From Candidatus Hodarchaeota archaeon (GTDB lineage: Archaea; Asgardarchaeota; Heimdallarchaeia; Hodarchaeales; Hodarchaeaceae): DNA of 24,845 bases. This document shows, piece after piece, positions 8,548 through 17,127 of the stretch (position 1 is its first letter; the number at the start of each line of letters is the position of its first letter). Below the pieces are notes generated by a model. That model was not told the DNA's origin and ran no database searches. It saw nothing but the letters and a program-made list of their open reading frames with translations. The position numbers were made by a program, and so were the translations under genes. The DNA is taken from assembly GCA_016839785.1 (NCBI GenBank), contig JAEOTQ010000059.1, forward strand, positions 1 through 24,845. Reading direction: 5' to 3'.

Positions 8548-10416
8548 TTATCGAAGCCAACAGATCTGATAAGCAGATAAAGTAATACTAAGCAAATCAC
8601 CATTAGGGGGTATCTTGTATTTTTTATTTGTTAGTAAATCGGTCATAGGACTTTTCTGAAATCCAATTTGATTATATTCAATATCTAGGGATTTCTGAGA
8701 ATCTGAAACATTAACCAAAGCAATTATCTTATCTGGGCTTGTAGAGGCAAATAATACAACTGAAATGACACTATCATTCAGATTTAAGACCTTAAAAGAT
8801 CCATTTGGGTCAAAAGCCTTCTCATTCTTTCGTAATGAAATTAATTTTAATAACGCATTCATTACTCTAGACATTTGTGATCTTTCGTTTTTGAGCTTGG
8901 AAATAACTTCCTTAACATTGAGAATTTGACGATTAATTGTCCGATTTTCGTCTAACACATCCTTATTGTTAGGAATTCCTAATAATCCATTGATGTAGAT
9001 TGAGGGAACACCCTTAATCATTAGTCCGAGAGCAAAAACTGCTAGATACCGATTGAGATTTAATTCAAAGCATTCTGGTGTGCTGTCTTGATTTATGAAA
9101 TTCCAGGGTGTTGAACAAAGTTCATAGACAATTTTCTCCCCTCCAGGTAGTTTTGCGTAATTTGCGAGGGCTCCATGCTCTTGAAGGAGAATTCTTTGCA
9201 ATTTTTCCTTTTCTGGCTCAGGTAACCAATTTCCGATTGGTTTCATTCCCATTCCATCATGAGTTCCTAAGACGCTAACAAAAAGTCTACCTTTTGCTAC
9301 TTTCAACGAAGGAAGCCATTCATTATAGTATTTTGCAGATCCAGTAAGCACAGCATGAACTGCTAATGGAAAATGAGTAAATAGATAGATCATATCCGAT
9401 TTTGGCTCTTTTACTGAACCGAGATATTGAAGAGCTCGATCTTGAGGTTCATTAACCTCGCTAATAAGTACAGTATTGAAGGGTTCTAAATTCTGAAAAA
9501 TTGCTGTAAGGACTTCAATGAAGAGATGAGTCTCTGGAAGATGAAGACAATTGGTTCCAACCTTTTTCCATAAGTATCCAATAGCATCAAGGCGTATCCA
9601 GCTTGCACCCTTTGATATATAAAATAATATGAGATTAATTATCTCTAACAATACCTTTGGATTTTTTAAATTAAGATCAACTTGCCTTGTCGCAACAGAA
9701 CCATCAGGATTATTCGGACGACTGAAAGTGGTCCAAACCCAACCATTCCTAACAATTCTTCCTTCGGGAGGTTCATTAAAGGTTGCAATGACATTGTTCC
9801 CAGTATCTACGATGAAAAACTTCGTTAAAACAGGATAGGGACGAGCACGAGTTATCTTGAGCAGATCTTCTTCGCTAGGCTTGTCTGCATCTTCGAAAAT
9901 TATTACATAATTCTGAAATTTTTCATTCCCTATGAGAGCCCCTTGGACAATTGGATTATCAAGAGAGGCGTGGTTAAGTACGCAATCTACCATCAAAATG
10001 TCAAATACATCTGCCAATGCAGTAAACTGATCCCAAGATCCATTGCGAGGATCAACAGTATAATAATTTAAAACAGAGAATCCTCTGTCTGTATCCCAAC
10101 TATAGAAAGGAAGTATGTGACAGCCATTAACAATATGTCTCAAATATCTGCTGGAAAAATCGTTTAAGACTTCCAGAGGAGCGCTTTCATCTCCTTGTAT
10201 AGAGTTTGCATAGGTATTAAGAAGAATATCACGGAAGGAGAACTTATTCTTGAAAGTTTCTTCTCTTGACTCCTTCATTGGTTGAGTGGTACTAGCAGTT
10301 GTGTACTCTTCCAAGAGCTTTATAATATCCAGATAAAGAGTAGTGGACTGGTCTCCATAGAGAATTCCAAGCTTTTTCAGAATTTTTACTTTTACATTCT
10401 CTGGAAAGAAAACCAA
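8548..10416 (-). CDS. GH13_18 sucrose-phosphorylase-family glycoside phosphorylase, glucosylglycerate phosphorylase (YcjM/GGaP)-like
   Basis: HILPFY, DRGFSV, DCVLNHAS, WTTFS...QVDLN, RLDAIGYLWK (nucleophile), SEVNEP (acid/base), THDGMG, VYEL, NRTINR. N-terminal 'ILKKLGILYG...DILLNTYANSI' resembles YcjM-type enzymes. Start moved to TTG at 10416 (GAGG upstream) to avoid overlap with the divergent GT4; exact start uncertain. Confidence 0.88.
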   Translation of the reverse strand: MVFFPENVKVKILKKLGILYGDQSTTLYLDIIKLLEEYTTASTTQPMKESREETFKNKFSFRDILLNTYANSIQGDESAPLEVLNDFSSRYLRHIVNGCHILPFYSWDTDRGFSVLNYYTVDPRNGSWDQFTALADVFDILMVDCVLNHASLDNPIVQGALIGNEKFQNYVIIFEDADKPSEEDLLKITRARPYPVLTKFFIVDTGNNVIATFNEPPEGRIVRNGWVWTTFSRPNNPDGSVATRQVDLNLKNPKVLLEIINLILFYISKGASWIRLDAIGYLWKKVGTNCLHLPETHLFIEVLTAIFQNLEPFNTVLISEVNEPQDRALQYLGSVKEPKSDMIYLFTHFPLAVHAVLTGSAKYYNEWLPSLKVAKGRLFVSVLGTHDGMGMKPIGNWLPEPEKEKLQRILLQEHGALANYAKLPGGEKIVYELCSTPWNFINQDSTPECFELNLNRYLAVFALGLMIKGVPSIYINGLLGIPNNKDVLDENRTINRQILNVKEVISKLKNERSQMSRVMNALLKLISLRKNEKAFDPNGSFKVLNLNDSVISVVLFASTSPDKIIALVNVSDSQKSLDIEYNQIGFQKSPMTDLLTNKKYKIPPNGDLLSITLSAYQICWLR

Positions 10417-10515
10417 AATCGTGAACGTCCTCTTCTTGTGTGTAATGCTCTGGAAAACAGTAATTTTGTTCAAAGAACTATGATTAAAATATGTCCTCAT
10501 GGGATAGTACTCAGT

Positions 10516-11652
10516 ATGCATATTGCGTTCATTGAAGATACAGAGCTATATGGAGGAACGCAGCTGTGGGTATTAGACGCGGTGGATTTTTTTCTTCTGC
10601 AGGGATGGAAAATTACTGTTATTACGCCAAAAAGTGGATGGATTGCCAAAGAATGTCAAAAAAATTACGAGTCAGTAAATTTAACGACATATGATTATTT
10701 AGACATTACTACTCAAACAAAAAACTATGTACAGCTTTGGGGAAATGCGCTAGCCAATTCAGATATCGCAGTATGTACAGTTCATCCTCCCCGAGATAAT
10801 AATTTCCACTGTTCCATCTTTGCGGCTAGATGTATTCAAGATATGGGCATTCGAGTAATACTGGTTACGAAAACGGGTACAATTGTCCCGAGTTACCATC
10901 GTCAATATTACCTACCTGACCAGCTTGCCAATTCTCGAGTCATTGGAATAACAAAAACGATTTATCAGTATTTGATACAAGAGTATTATATTCCTGAAGA
11001 GAGAATAATCCATATCTATCAAGGTATTGATTTGAATTACTTTGAAGACAAGAAAAGAGAAACTTCGTATTTGAACAAGCAATTATCTGAAGGAAGACCA
11101 ATAATTGGTTGTATTGGCTCTCTCGAAGATCGAAAAGGACAATCTTATTTACTCAAAGCAATAGAGAAACTTAAAAGAAATCATCTTCCAAATATTCAGG
11201 TAATAATTGTTGGAGATGGGCCTGATGAAGCTACGCTAAAATCTCTAGTAAGCGAATTGAATCTGCACTCCAATATTTCGTTTTTTCCTTTTTCGCGAGA
11301 TCCGCTAAAGTTCTTTCTAATGTGTGATTTTGTTGTTCTACCTAGTATTTCGAAAGAGGGCCTTCCTAATGTTATTTTGGAATCTTTTTCGTTGACGATT
11401 CCTGTTATTGCCTCAAAAATAGGAGGAGTTTCCGAGATCGTAAGAAATGGGTATACTGGAATTTTAGTTGAACCAAGAAATGTTGAAGATCTTGTTAATG
11501 CTATCTTGAAGTTATGGTTGGATCAAACCAGCCGTATAAAAATGGGGTTGAATGGGCGAAAAGTAATTGTCAACCGACATGATCGGAAGACCCAAATGTT
11601 CAAATTTCAGGAATTTTTCAAATCGCTCCTACGAATAGACGATAACTGTTAA
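10516..11652 (+). CDS. GT4 (GT-B fold) glycosyltransferase
   Basis: MHIAFIEDTELYGGTQ start (ATG at 10516), IGSLEDRKGQSYLLKA, VGDGP, LPSISKEGLPNVILES (Ex7E), ASKIGGVSEIV. The ORF-track start at 10282 overlaps the opposite-strand phosphorylase and is rejected. Confidence 0.92.
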   Translation: MHIAFIEDTELYGGTQLWVLDAVDFFLLQGWKITVITPKSGWIAKECQKNYESVNLTTYDYLDITTQTKNYVQLWGNALANSDIAVCTVHPPRDNNFHCSIFAARCIQDMGIRVILVTKTGTIVPSYHRQYYLPDQLANSRVIGITKTIYQYLIQEYYIPEERIIHIYQGIDLNYFEDKKRETSYLNKQLSEGRPIIGCIGSLEDRKGQSYLLKAIEKLKRNHLPNIQVIIVGDGPDEATLKSLVSELNLHSNISFFPFSRDPLKFFLMCDFVVLPSISKEGLPNVILESFSLTIPVIASKIGGVSEIVRNGYTGILVEPRNVEDLVNAILKLWLDQTSRIKMGLNGRKVIVNRHDRKTQMFKFQEFFKSLLRIDDNC

Positions 11653-13004
11653 AGAAAAGAAAGTAATTTTTCAATATATCTTGAAAGGGCGGTTATAGAA
11701 AGTTCCTGCAATCCGATTTCAAAGTTTTTAACAACAGTCTCCTCTCTTAGTTGAGAATTCTGAAGTATTTGAACTGTTTCAAGTGCAGCTGCGTGAATTT
11801 TTTCATCGGATACAGTAACCAATCCAGATTCATCATAAGACTGAATATCTGATCCCAAAGTAGTAGTTAAGAATCCTAGAGGGCCGATATCCGCCTTGTA
11901 GACATCATATTCATATAAAATTACAGGGAGCTTTGCTTTTACTGCTTCTAAGAATTGATTTCCCCACCCTTCAACCAAGCTAGGATAAGATACTACATCA
12001 GAATGGGAATAAATATCCCACAAATTGTAAATTTTATCTCCATTGTCTCCGATGGATCGTTGGTGAGCAAAGAAATCATTACAGAATCTGAAATCAACAG
12101 ATCGCGCTAAACATTTCTTTTCTAACTTTTCCTTATAAACAACATCTTCGATTAAATTAGGCATGATTAGAATTATCTTATCAGAATCAGAAAACGATCG
12201 ACCATCAAATAATGGTTTGGAAGCCAATTGTCGTCGAAATTCCTTCGTATTCAGCGTAGCTATTAGGTCAATTATTAGTTCTATACCTTTTCTTTCAACT
12301 AAACGCGTTGCCTGAAGGATGAGAATGTCATTCTCTGATACTTTAAGCTTCGATCTGATATCAGAATTATAATCATCTTTGACCCAATCGGGTTCTTCAA
12401 AGTAAAAGACATTAGGGACAACGATAGACTCGATATTTTTCTTTTCCTTTAGAACTCCTTGGGCAATAGAATTAATAACGGCATGGTGAAGATTGGGGAG
12501 AGAAGGAGGATAATACTCCTCTAAATACCTCTTAATCAGGGAACAACTCGGATGATAACTGGTTCTCTCCCATGTGAAATCATGATTGTGACTTATTGCA
12601 GGTATTCCTGTTTCCTGGAGAACCTCGAAGAGTGCAAGCGAGGCAGGAATGTTTAAGGGTAAGCTAAACATATTATTTGGAATGAAACACTGAATATTGT
12701 GTTCTCGTATGAATTTGAATATTTTTGGTTTTATTTTGCTTACAAGACCTCTAATGTCTTTCTCTAATGTCTTTTCTTGAGTTATATCAAGAGAGGAGGA
12801 GAAAGCCTTTTCCCTGATTTCTAGACTTGGTTGGAAATCTAATGAAAATTCAGGAATCTGGTATCCTTTACTCGATCCTAAAGATCCCGCTAGGTAAATT
12901 ACTTCGTGATTAAACGTATCTTCAAGTACTTTACGCCATTTATCCATCTCGAGAGAAACCCCGTCTAATTCTCCGACTCTAAAATGAACCATTGCTAATT
13001 TCAT
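11649..13004 (-). CDS. mggS: GT4 glycosyltransferase of the mannosylglucosylglycerate synthase (MggS) family
   Basis: MKLAMVHFRVGELDGVSLEMDKW, PNNMFSL, HNHDFTWER, PPSLPNLHHAVINSIAQ, VVPNV, LQATRLVERKGIEL, YPSLVEGWGNQFLEA, EYDVYKADI, ETVVKNFEIG. These match, in order, the motifs I recall for Thermotoga MggS. ATG at 13004. The family call is firm; the substrate is not. Confidence 0.82.
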   Translation of the reverse strand: MKLAMVHFRVGELDGVSLEMDKWRKVLEDTFNHEVIYLAGSLGSSKGYQIPEFSLDFQPSLEIREKAFSSSLDITQEKTLEKDIRGLVSKIKPKIFKFIREHNIQCFIPNNMFSLPLNIPASLALFEVLQETGIPAISHNHDFTWERTSYHPSCSLIKRYLEEYYPPSLPNLHHAVINSIAQGVLKEKKNIESIVVPNVFYFEEPDWVKDDYNSDIRSKLKVSENDILILQATRLVERKGIELIIDLIATLNTKEFRRQLASKPLFDGRSFSDSDKIILIMPNLIEDVVYKEKLEKKCLARSVDFRFCNDFFAHQRSIGDNGDKIYNLWDIYSHSDVVSYPSLVEGWGNQFLEAVKAKLPVILYEYDVYKADIGPLGFLTTTLGSDIQSYDESGLVTVSDEKIHAAALETVQILQNSQLREETVVKNFEIGLQELSITALSRYIEKLLSFL

Positions 13005-13332
13005 ATGTTTCAACACGTCAAAGTGATAATAGTGACTTATTACGCATTTTGAGGCCAAAGTCTTTTTCTTTTACTTTTTTTTTCTCGAGTAGGAATTCAT
13101 GGCTAGGCTAGGCTCTTCCGTTAGTCAACCCCACATAATCCCCCCTATATGTCCATGATAATCCATAAAATTCTACTACTTCTGGTAATAACCTTATGTT
13201 CTTAGGGAATCCCACAATTATGAAAAATCATCACAATAGTATATTTTATCCAGCCAGCCTAGAAAGTCAACCTCTGTTGAAATCTGAGTAGGAAATTCTG
13301 GAATGTGATTATAAAGAAATTAAAATAAATAA

Positions 13333-13450
13333 CCCATATTTGCGATACATGTGGGAAAAGTTATTTAAATTCAGAAACCGTTCGATACTCCTCCTTAAGT
13401 CCTTTGAAAGGTACTATAAGGATCATGAAAAAATAAACCTATTTAGGTGA
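13333..13450 (+). promoter_or_regulatory. Putative archaeal promoter and 5'UTR of the ABC operon: imperfect palindrome, BRE/TATA, hairpin and SD
   Basis: CCCATAT-N9-ATGTGGG (13333-13355); GAAAAG followed by TTATTTAAAT (13355-13370); inverted repeat at 13392-13422; AGGTGA at 13445-13450, 9 nt before the ATG at 13460. Confidence 0.5.
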
Positions 13451-13459
13451 ATAAAAAAC

Positions 13460-14941
13460 ATGAAGAAAGCAAAATTAGTTTTCGCAATAACACTGGGTGC
13501 ACTATTGTTTGCATCACTCAATGTTTCATCCACTGTGGCTAAACCCACTTTGGACACATTTGAGGTTGTACTTCCTTGGGGACTTGATCATCCTCGTGGA
13601 AAAATCATTAAAACAATGATCGAAAATAGCACACTCAAAGACGCATATGATTTCACATATACGGTTGTAGGTGGCGGTCCAGATGATCGTGTCTCATTAT
13701 TCTCACGATTTGCAGCCAATAATTACCCTGATCTACTTTTAGTTACCCAAGATTGGTATACTGAATTTGCAGGATTTGGAATTTTCCATAACTTCGCCGA
13801 CGACGTCGCAGATTGGGCTGATGATCGTTCTGGTTGGGTTGATGATATTCCTGATGGTTGGTGGTCCATACTTGACTTAGAGAAAGGAGATGGAACAGGT
13901 GATTCAGTATTTGCCTTACCCTTCTTCGGACAATCAATTCTCCCCTATATTAACACAGACAACTTCACAGCTGCTGGTGTTACCGAAGCCGATATTGATA
14001 CCCTAACAGGCTGGTTAGATGCTTGTGAGACACTTGACGCTGCAGGTATTACACCTTTCGCCATGGTTGGTAAATCTCAATCAGATCTAGCATATATGAA
14101 CTATATGTTTGGTTCTACTGACAATTTCATTGACTCTCGTGAAGATCCAGCCACCGTTTTTCCTTGGGATGACGATGGTATGTACGGAGTAAACGGATCC
14201 CTCAATGTTGAAGGATTTGCCGCTTACCTTAAAATGAAAGGTGAAGGTTGGGTCCCCTCCACAGTTGAGACTGATGGCGGTGGTGAAGCAAACACTATCT
14301 TTGGTTCTGGACAAGCAGCCATGGTTCTTTGTGGTCCATGGGGAACAGGTATCTTCGAAGGTGCAGGATTAGAAAATTTCAAAGCTGTTCCTATGCCAAA
14401 AACATCTGACGGAGTTCGCTCCACTATCACTGGTGGTGGTATTTCATTAGTTCCTAAATCCGCTACACATGCAGCTGATGCTGTAGTATTAGCACAAGAA
14501 CTTCTTGAAGACGAACACCAAATGAAAACCGTAGACAACTGGTTAAATGAAGCTTGGCGTATTCCCGTAAGGACTAGTTTAAAAGACAATGCCTGGTTCT
14601 CTGCATCTGCAAACAGATCTAATTTCGTAACCCACATTGAATCTCAGAGTTATGCGTTCCCCTGGGGTAAACAACATCCTAAATGGTTAGGTATTCACTC
14701 TGACGTTATGATACCTGGTTATCTAGCAGCTCTCAATGGTATTACATGGAATGCAGGATATACTGATGCACAGTACACTGCTGCAGCCCAAAAAGCACTA
14801 GATGGAATGGCCGCTCAAATCCAAGTTTTCGTCCTTGGATTGCCTGAAGAACCATCCGCAGCACCTGGCTTTACACTAGCTTCTGTACTGTTATTAGTTG
14901 GTCTATTGGGATCAGTCCGTATCATTCGAAGGAGAAAATAA
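13460..14941 (+). CDS. Sugar ABC transporter extracellular solute-binding protein (family 1) with a PGF-CTERM-like C-terminal anchor
   Basis: Signal peptide MKKAKLVFAITLGALLFASLNVSSTVA; YPDLL, VFALPF, FGSGQAAMVLCGPW, VPMP...TGGG motifs; C-terminal APGF + TM helix + RRRK. Confidence 0.92.
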   Translation: MKKAKLVFAITLGALLFASLNVSSTVAKPTLDTFEVVLPWGLDHPRGKIIKTMIENSTLKDAYDFTYTVVGGGPDDRVSLFSRFAANNYPDLLLVTQDWYTEFAGFGIFHNFADDVADWADDRSGWVDDIPDGWWSILDLEKGDGTGDSVFALPFFGQSILPYINTDNFTAAGVTEADIDTLTGWLDACETLDAAGITPFAMVGKSQSDLAYMNYMFGSTDNFIDSREDPATVFPWDDDGMYGVNGSLNVEGFAAYLKMKGEGWVPSTVETDGGGEANTIFGSGQAAMVLCGPWGTGIFEGAGLENFKAVPMPKTSDGVRSTITGGGISLVPKSATHAADAVVLAQELLEDEHQMKTVDNWLNEAWRIPVRTSLKDNAWFSASANRSNFVTHIESQSYAFPWGKQHPKWLGIHSDVMIPGYLAALNGITWNAGYTDAQYTAAAQKALDGMAAQIQVFVLGLPEEPSAAPGFTLASVLLLVGLLGSVRIIRRRK

Positions 14942-14972
14942 ACTCCTCCCCCCTTTTTTCTTTTTATTTTTT
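14930..14972 (+). terminator. Putative terminator/attenuator after the solute-binding protein gene
   Basis: AGGAG...CTCCT stem spanning the stop codon, followed by a C-run and TTTTTTCTTTTTATTTTTT. Confidence 0.55.
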
Positions 14973-15092
14973 AATAATTAAATTCAATTAAGCACGATTT
15001 TCAGAACTGTAACATTCTGATTTGCAATAATCTTTATTAATTTAACACGTTAATTGTGTGTAATTCATTAGAAATTAAAGAAGGATGATTAA

Positions 15093-17123
15093 ATGAAGCT
15101 CTGGGAAGATATGAAGTCACGACCACAACAATTAGCTTTTCTTAACGGTTTTTTACCAATGATACTTATGCTCTTTTTCTTTCTAGCAGGTTCGTTTGGA
15201 ATAACAGGATATTTTTTTCCGATCGGTTATCTCTTTTTTGGATGGACTGAAATACTAGGCTTATCGACGTTCGTATCAGTCGTTCCAGATGTTGCTTATT
15301 GGTATTATAATGGAATAGCGCTAGTAGGTGCGGAAGAAACGGCACATTTGACAATAACGCTTTTCAGCTTTCTTGGATCCATACTCCTTCTTTATGGAAG
15401 TGTCAGAAGCATTGATAAGCCTTTTGATGGCAGAGACGCTCCTGGACGCACATCTTGGCTTATCGGGGCAATTCTAACATTTCCATTTGGAGTTTTGGGC
15501 TTGATAGCTTACTTTACTTCACAGTCGAAAAGTCAGGACCTAACTCTCAGGCAGAGATTTTCAGGTGAAATAAGAAAAAATAAACTTCCATATATTCTCA
15601 TTATCCCAGCTCTAATTTTCCTAGCCTACACGTACGTAATACCGATTGTTCGGGGTTTTTACATCACAATGTTCTCATATCCTGAAACCTTCCCTCTTGG
15701 ACAACATCCCGCTTTTCATCCTGTTAATTACGCCGAAGACCCTCTTCTGTGGACCATTCACGCAATTTTCGGAGGGCTTCAAAACCAGGATCCCATCTTC
15801 ATTGGAGTTGATAATTTTCTTGAATTATTCTCACATTCTTCGAATGCTAAGCAATTCCAAAATGCACTGGATAATAATGTCTATTACGTAATATTATTCG
15901 TTCCTGGAGTGGTGATTACTTCTTTATTACTTGCTGTACTATTAAACTCGAAACTCCTGAAAGGAGAAAATGCTTATACAACAATATTCTATATGCCAGT
16001 CGTTACGAGTATCCTTGTTGTATCTGTTATTTGGGGTAGAGTAGTATTCGATGCTAGAGGTGGTTTCTTAACATCATTGTTTAATCTAGCAATTGATCTA
16101 CCGTTAATTACTGATCTAACAGGGATCAATTTTAGCGTCCCAGGGATATTGGATGGAATCTATGGAATACTAAATATAATTACTTTAGGCTTGGTACCTG
16201 CAAATAAGGTCAGTGAAAATATAAGTTGGATTTCTGATTACCTTATGGAAAGTGTAGCATTTATGGGAATTTGGCGGAGGGTTGGATTCAACGTGTTAAT
16301 TCTTCTAGCTGGTTTGAAATCAATCCCTGATAGTCTTTACGAAGCAGCTGATATTGATGGCCATGGTAGCTGGTCCAAATTTAAGAATATTACCATACCC
16401 ATGTTGAAGGGACCGTTAGGCGTTGTTATGATCCTAGAGTTGATCAACGGTTGGCTTGTATTTCAGGAATTGTATGGCCTAGACGTAGCTAATTATGGAG
16501 GAAGTCAGACTCTTGCGGTCTACTTAATCGGAAACTATACAGACCCCACAATAATGACCTTTGCTTCAACAGTAGGATACTTCATTTTTGGGATGACCGC
16601 ATACCTAGGCCTTCTAGGACGGATGGAAATAAAAAACTCATTAAAAATATTTCCAATCTTTGGCCTACTTGCGATTTTGTTCTCTATTCCTTCGAATAGA
16701 TCTACAACACTTATCTCGATTACTCCCAAGTCGTTAGGTTTTACTTTGGAATGGTTAACATTTGACATCTTCTTCCTCTTCCTTACATTTATTATAGGTT
16801 TTTACTACCTTTATACATCCATTATTAAACGTAAGGAATTAGAAAGAGACGTAAAAGATTTACGTAAATCTGGATTCTTTATACTATTTATCGCTCCTTT
16901 TTATTTAGCAAATGGATATAGTACCTTAAGTAAAAGTGGATTCGGGTCAACTCCATTTACTTTAGCTACTCTCAAAATTCCCTCACTCGCTTTTGGAGTG
17001 ATTTTTCTAATAATTGGCTTATTAATGATATTGGCGCCAATATTCGTTCCGCAATTAAAGAAACGAGAGAGATTTGCGAATCTATTTCGTTATGAGAATT
17101 TAGAACTAGGAGTTGGAGGTTAA
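15093..17123 (+). CDS. Carbohydrate ABC transporter permease (MalF/UgpA-like) with extra N- and C-terminal membrane segments
   Basis: PYILIIPALIF, FIGVDNF, LLLAVLLN, IFYMPVVTS, WRRVGFNVLILLAGLKSIPDSLYEAADIDG (EAA loop), ITIPMLK. AGGATGA SD. 676 aa. Confidence 0.92.
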   Translation: MKLWEDMKSRPQQLAFLNGFLPMILMLFFFLAGSFGITGYFFPIGYLFFGWTEILGLSTFVSVVPDVAYWYYNGIALVGAEETAHLTITLFSFLGSILLLYGSVRSIDKPFDGRDAPGRTSWLIGAILTFPFGVLGLIAYFTSQSKSQDLTLRQRFSGEIRKNKLPYILIIPALIFLAYTYVIPIVRGFYITMFSYPETFPLGQHPAFHPVNYAEDPLLWTIHAIFGGLQNQDPIFIGVDNFLELFSHSSNAKQFQNALDNNVYYVILFVPGVVITSLLLAVLLNSKLLKGENAYTTIFYMPVVTSILVVSVIWGRVVFDARGGFLTSLFNLAIDLPLITDLTGINFSVPGILDGIYGILNIITLGLVPANKVSENISWISDYLMESVAFMGIWRRVGFNVLILLAGLKSIPDSLYEAADIDGHGSWSKFKNITIPMLKGPLGVVMILELINGWLVFQELYGLDVANYGGSQTLAVYLIGNYTDPTIMTFASTVGYFIFGMTAYLGLLGRMEIKNSLKIFPIFGLLAILFSIPSNRSTTLISITPKSLGFTLEWLTFDIFFLFLTFIIGFYYLYTSIIKRKELERDVKDLRKSGFFILFIAPFYLANGYSTLSKSGFGSTPFTLATLKIPSLAFGVIFLIIGLLMILAPIFVPQLKKRERFANLFRYENLELGVGG

Positions 17124-17127
17124 TACT

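Noticed and set aside
10282-10521. Apparent 240-bp head-to-head overlap of the phosphorylase and GT4 ORFs
   Set aside because: Artefact of longest-ORF calling. Family-typical N-termini begin at ~10416 (-) and 10516 (+), leaving a ~100-bp divergent promoter gap.
13005-13058. N-terminal extension MASKCVISHYYHFDVLKH of the MggS-like ORF
   Set aside because: MggS-family similarity starts at MKLAMVH (ATG at 13004).
13099-13158. 19-codon mini-ORF (MARLGSSVSQPHIIPPICP) in the mggS-ABC intergenic region
   Set aside because: Too short, with no evidence of coding. It lies upstream of the putative promoter, so it is not a leader peptide.
14224-14637. 137-aa antisense ORF inside the solute-binding protein gene, and other 60-101 aa nested or antisense ORFs in the track
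   Set aside because: They are shadows of well-supported genes and have no recognisable motifs.
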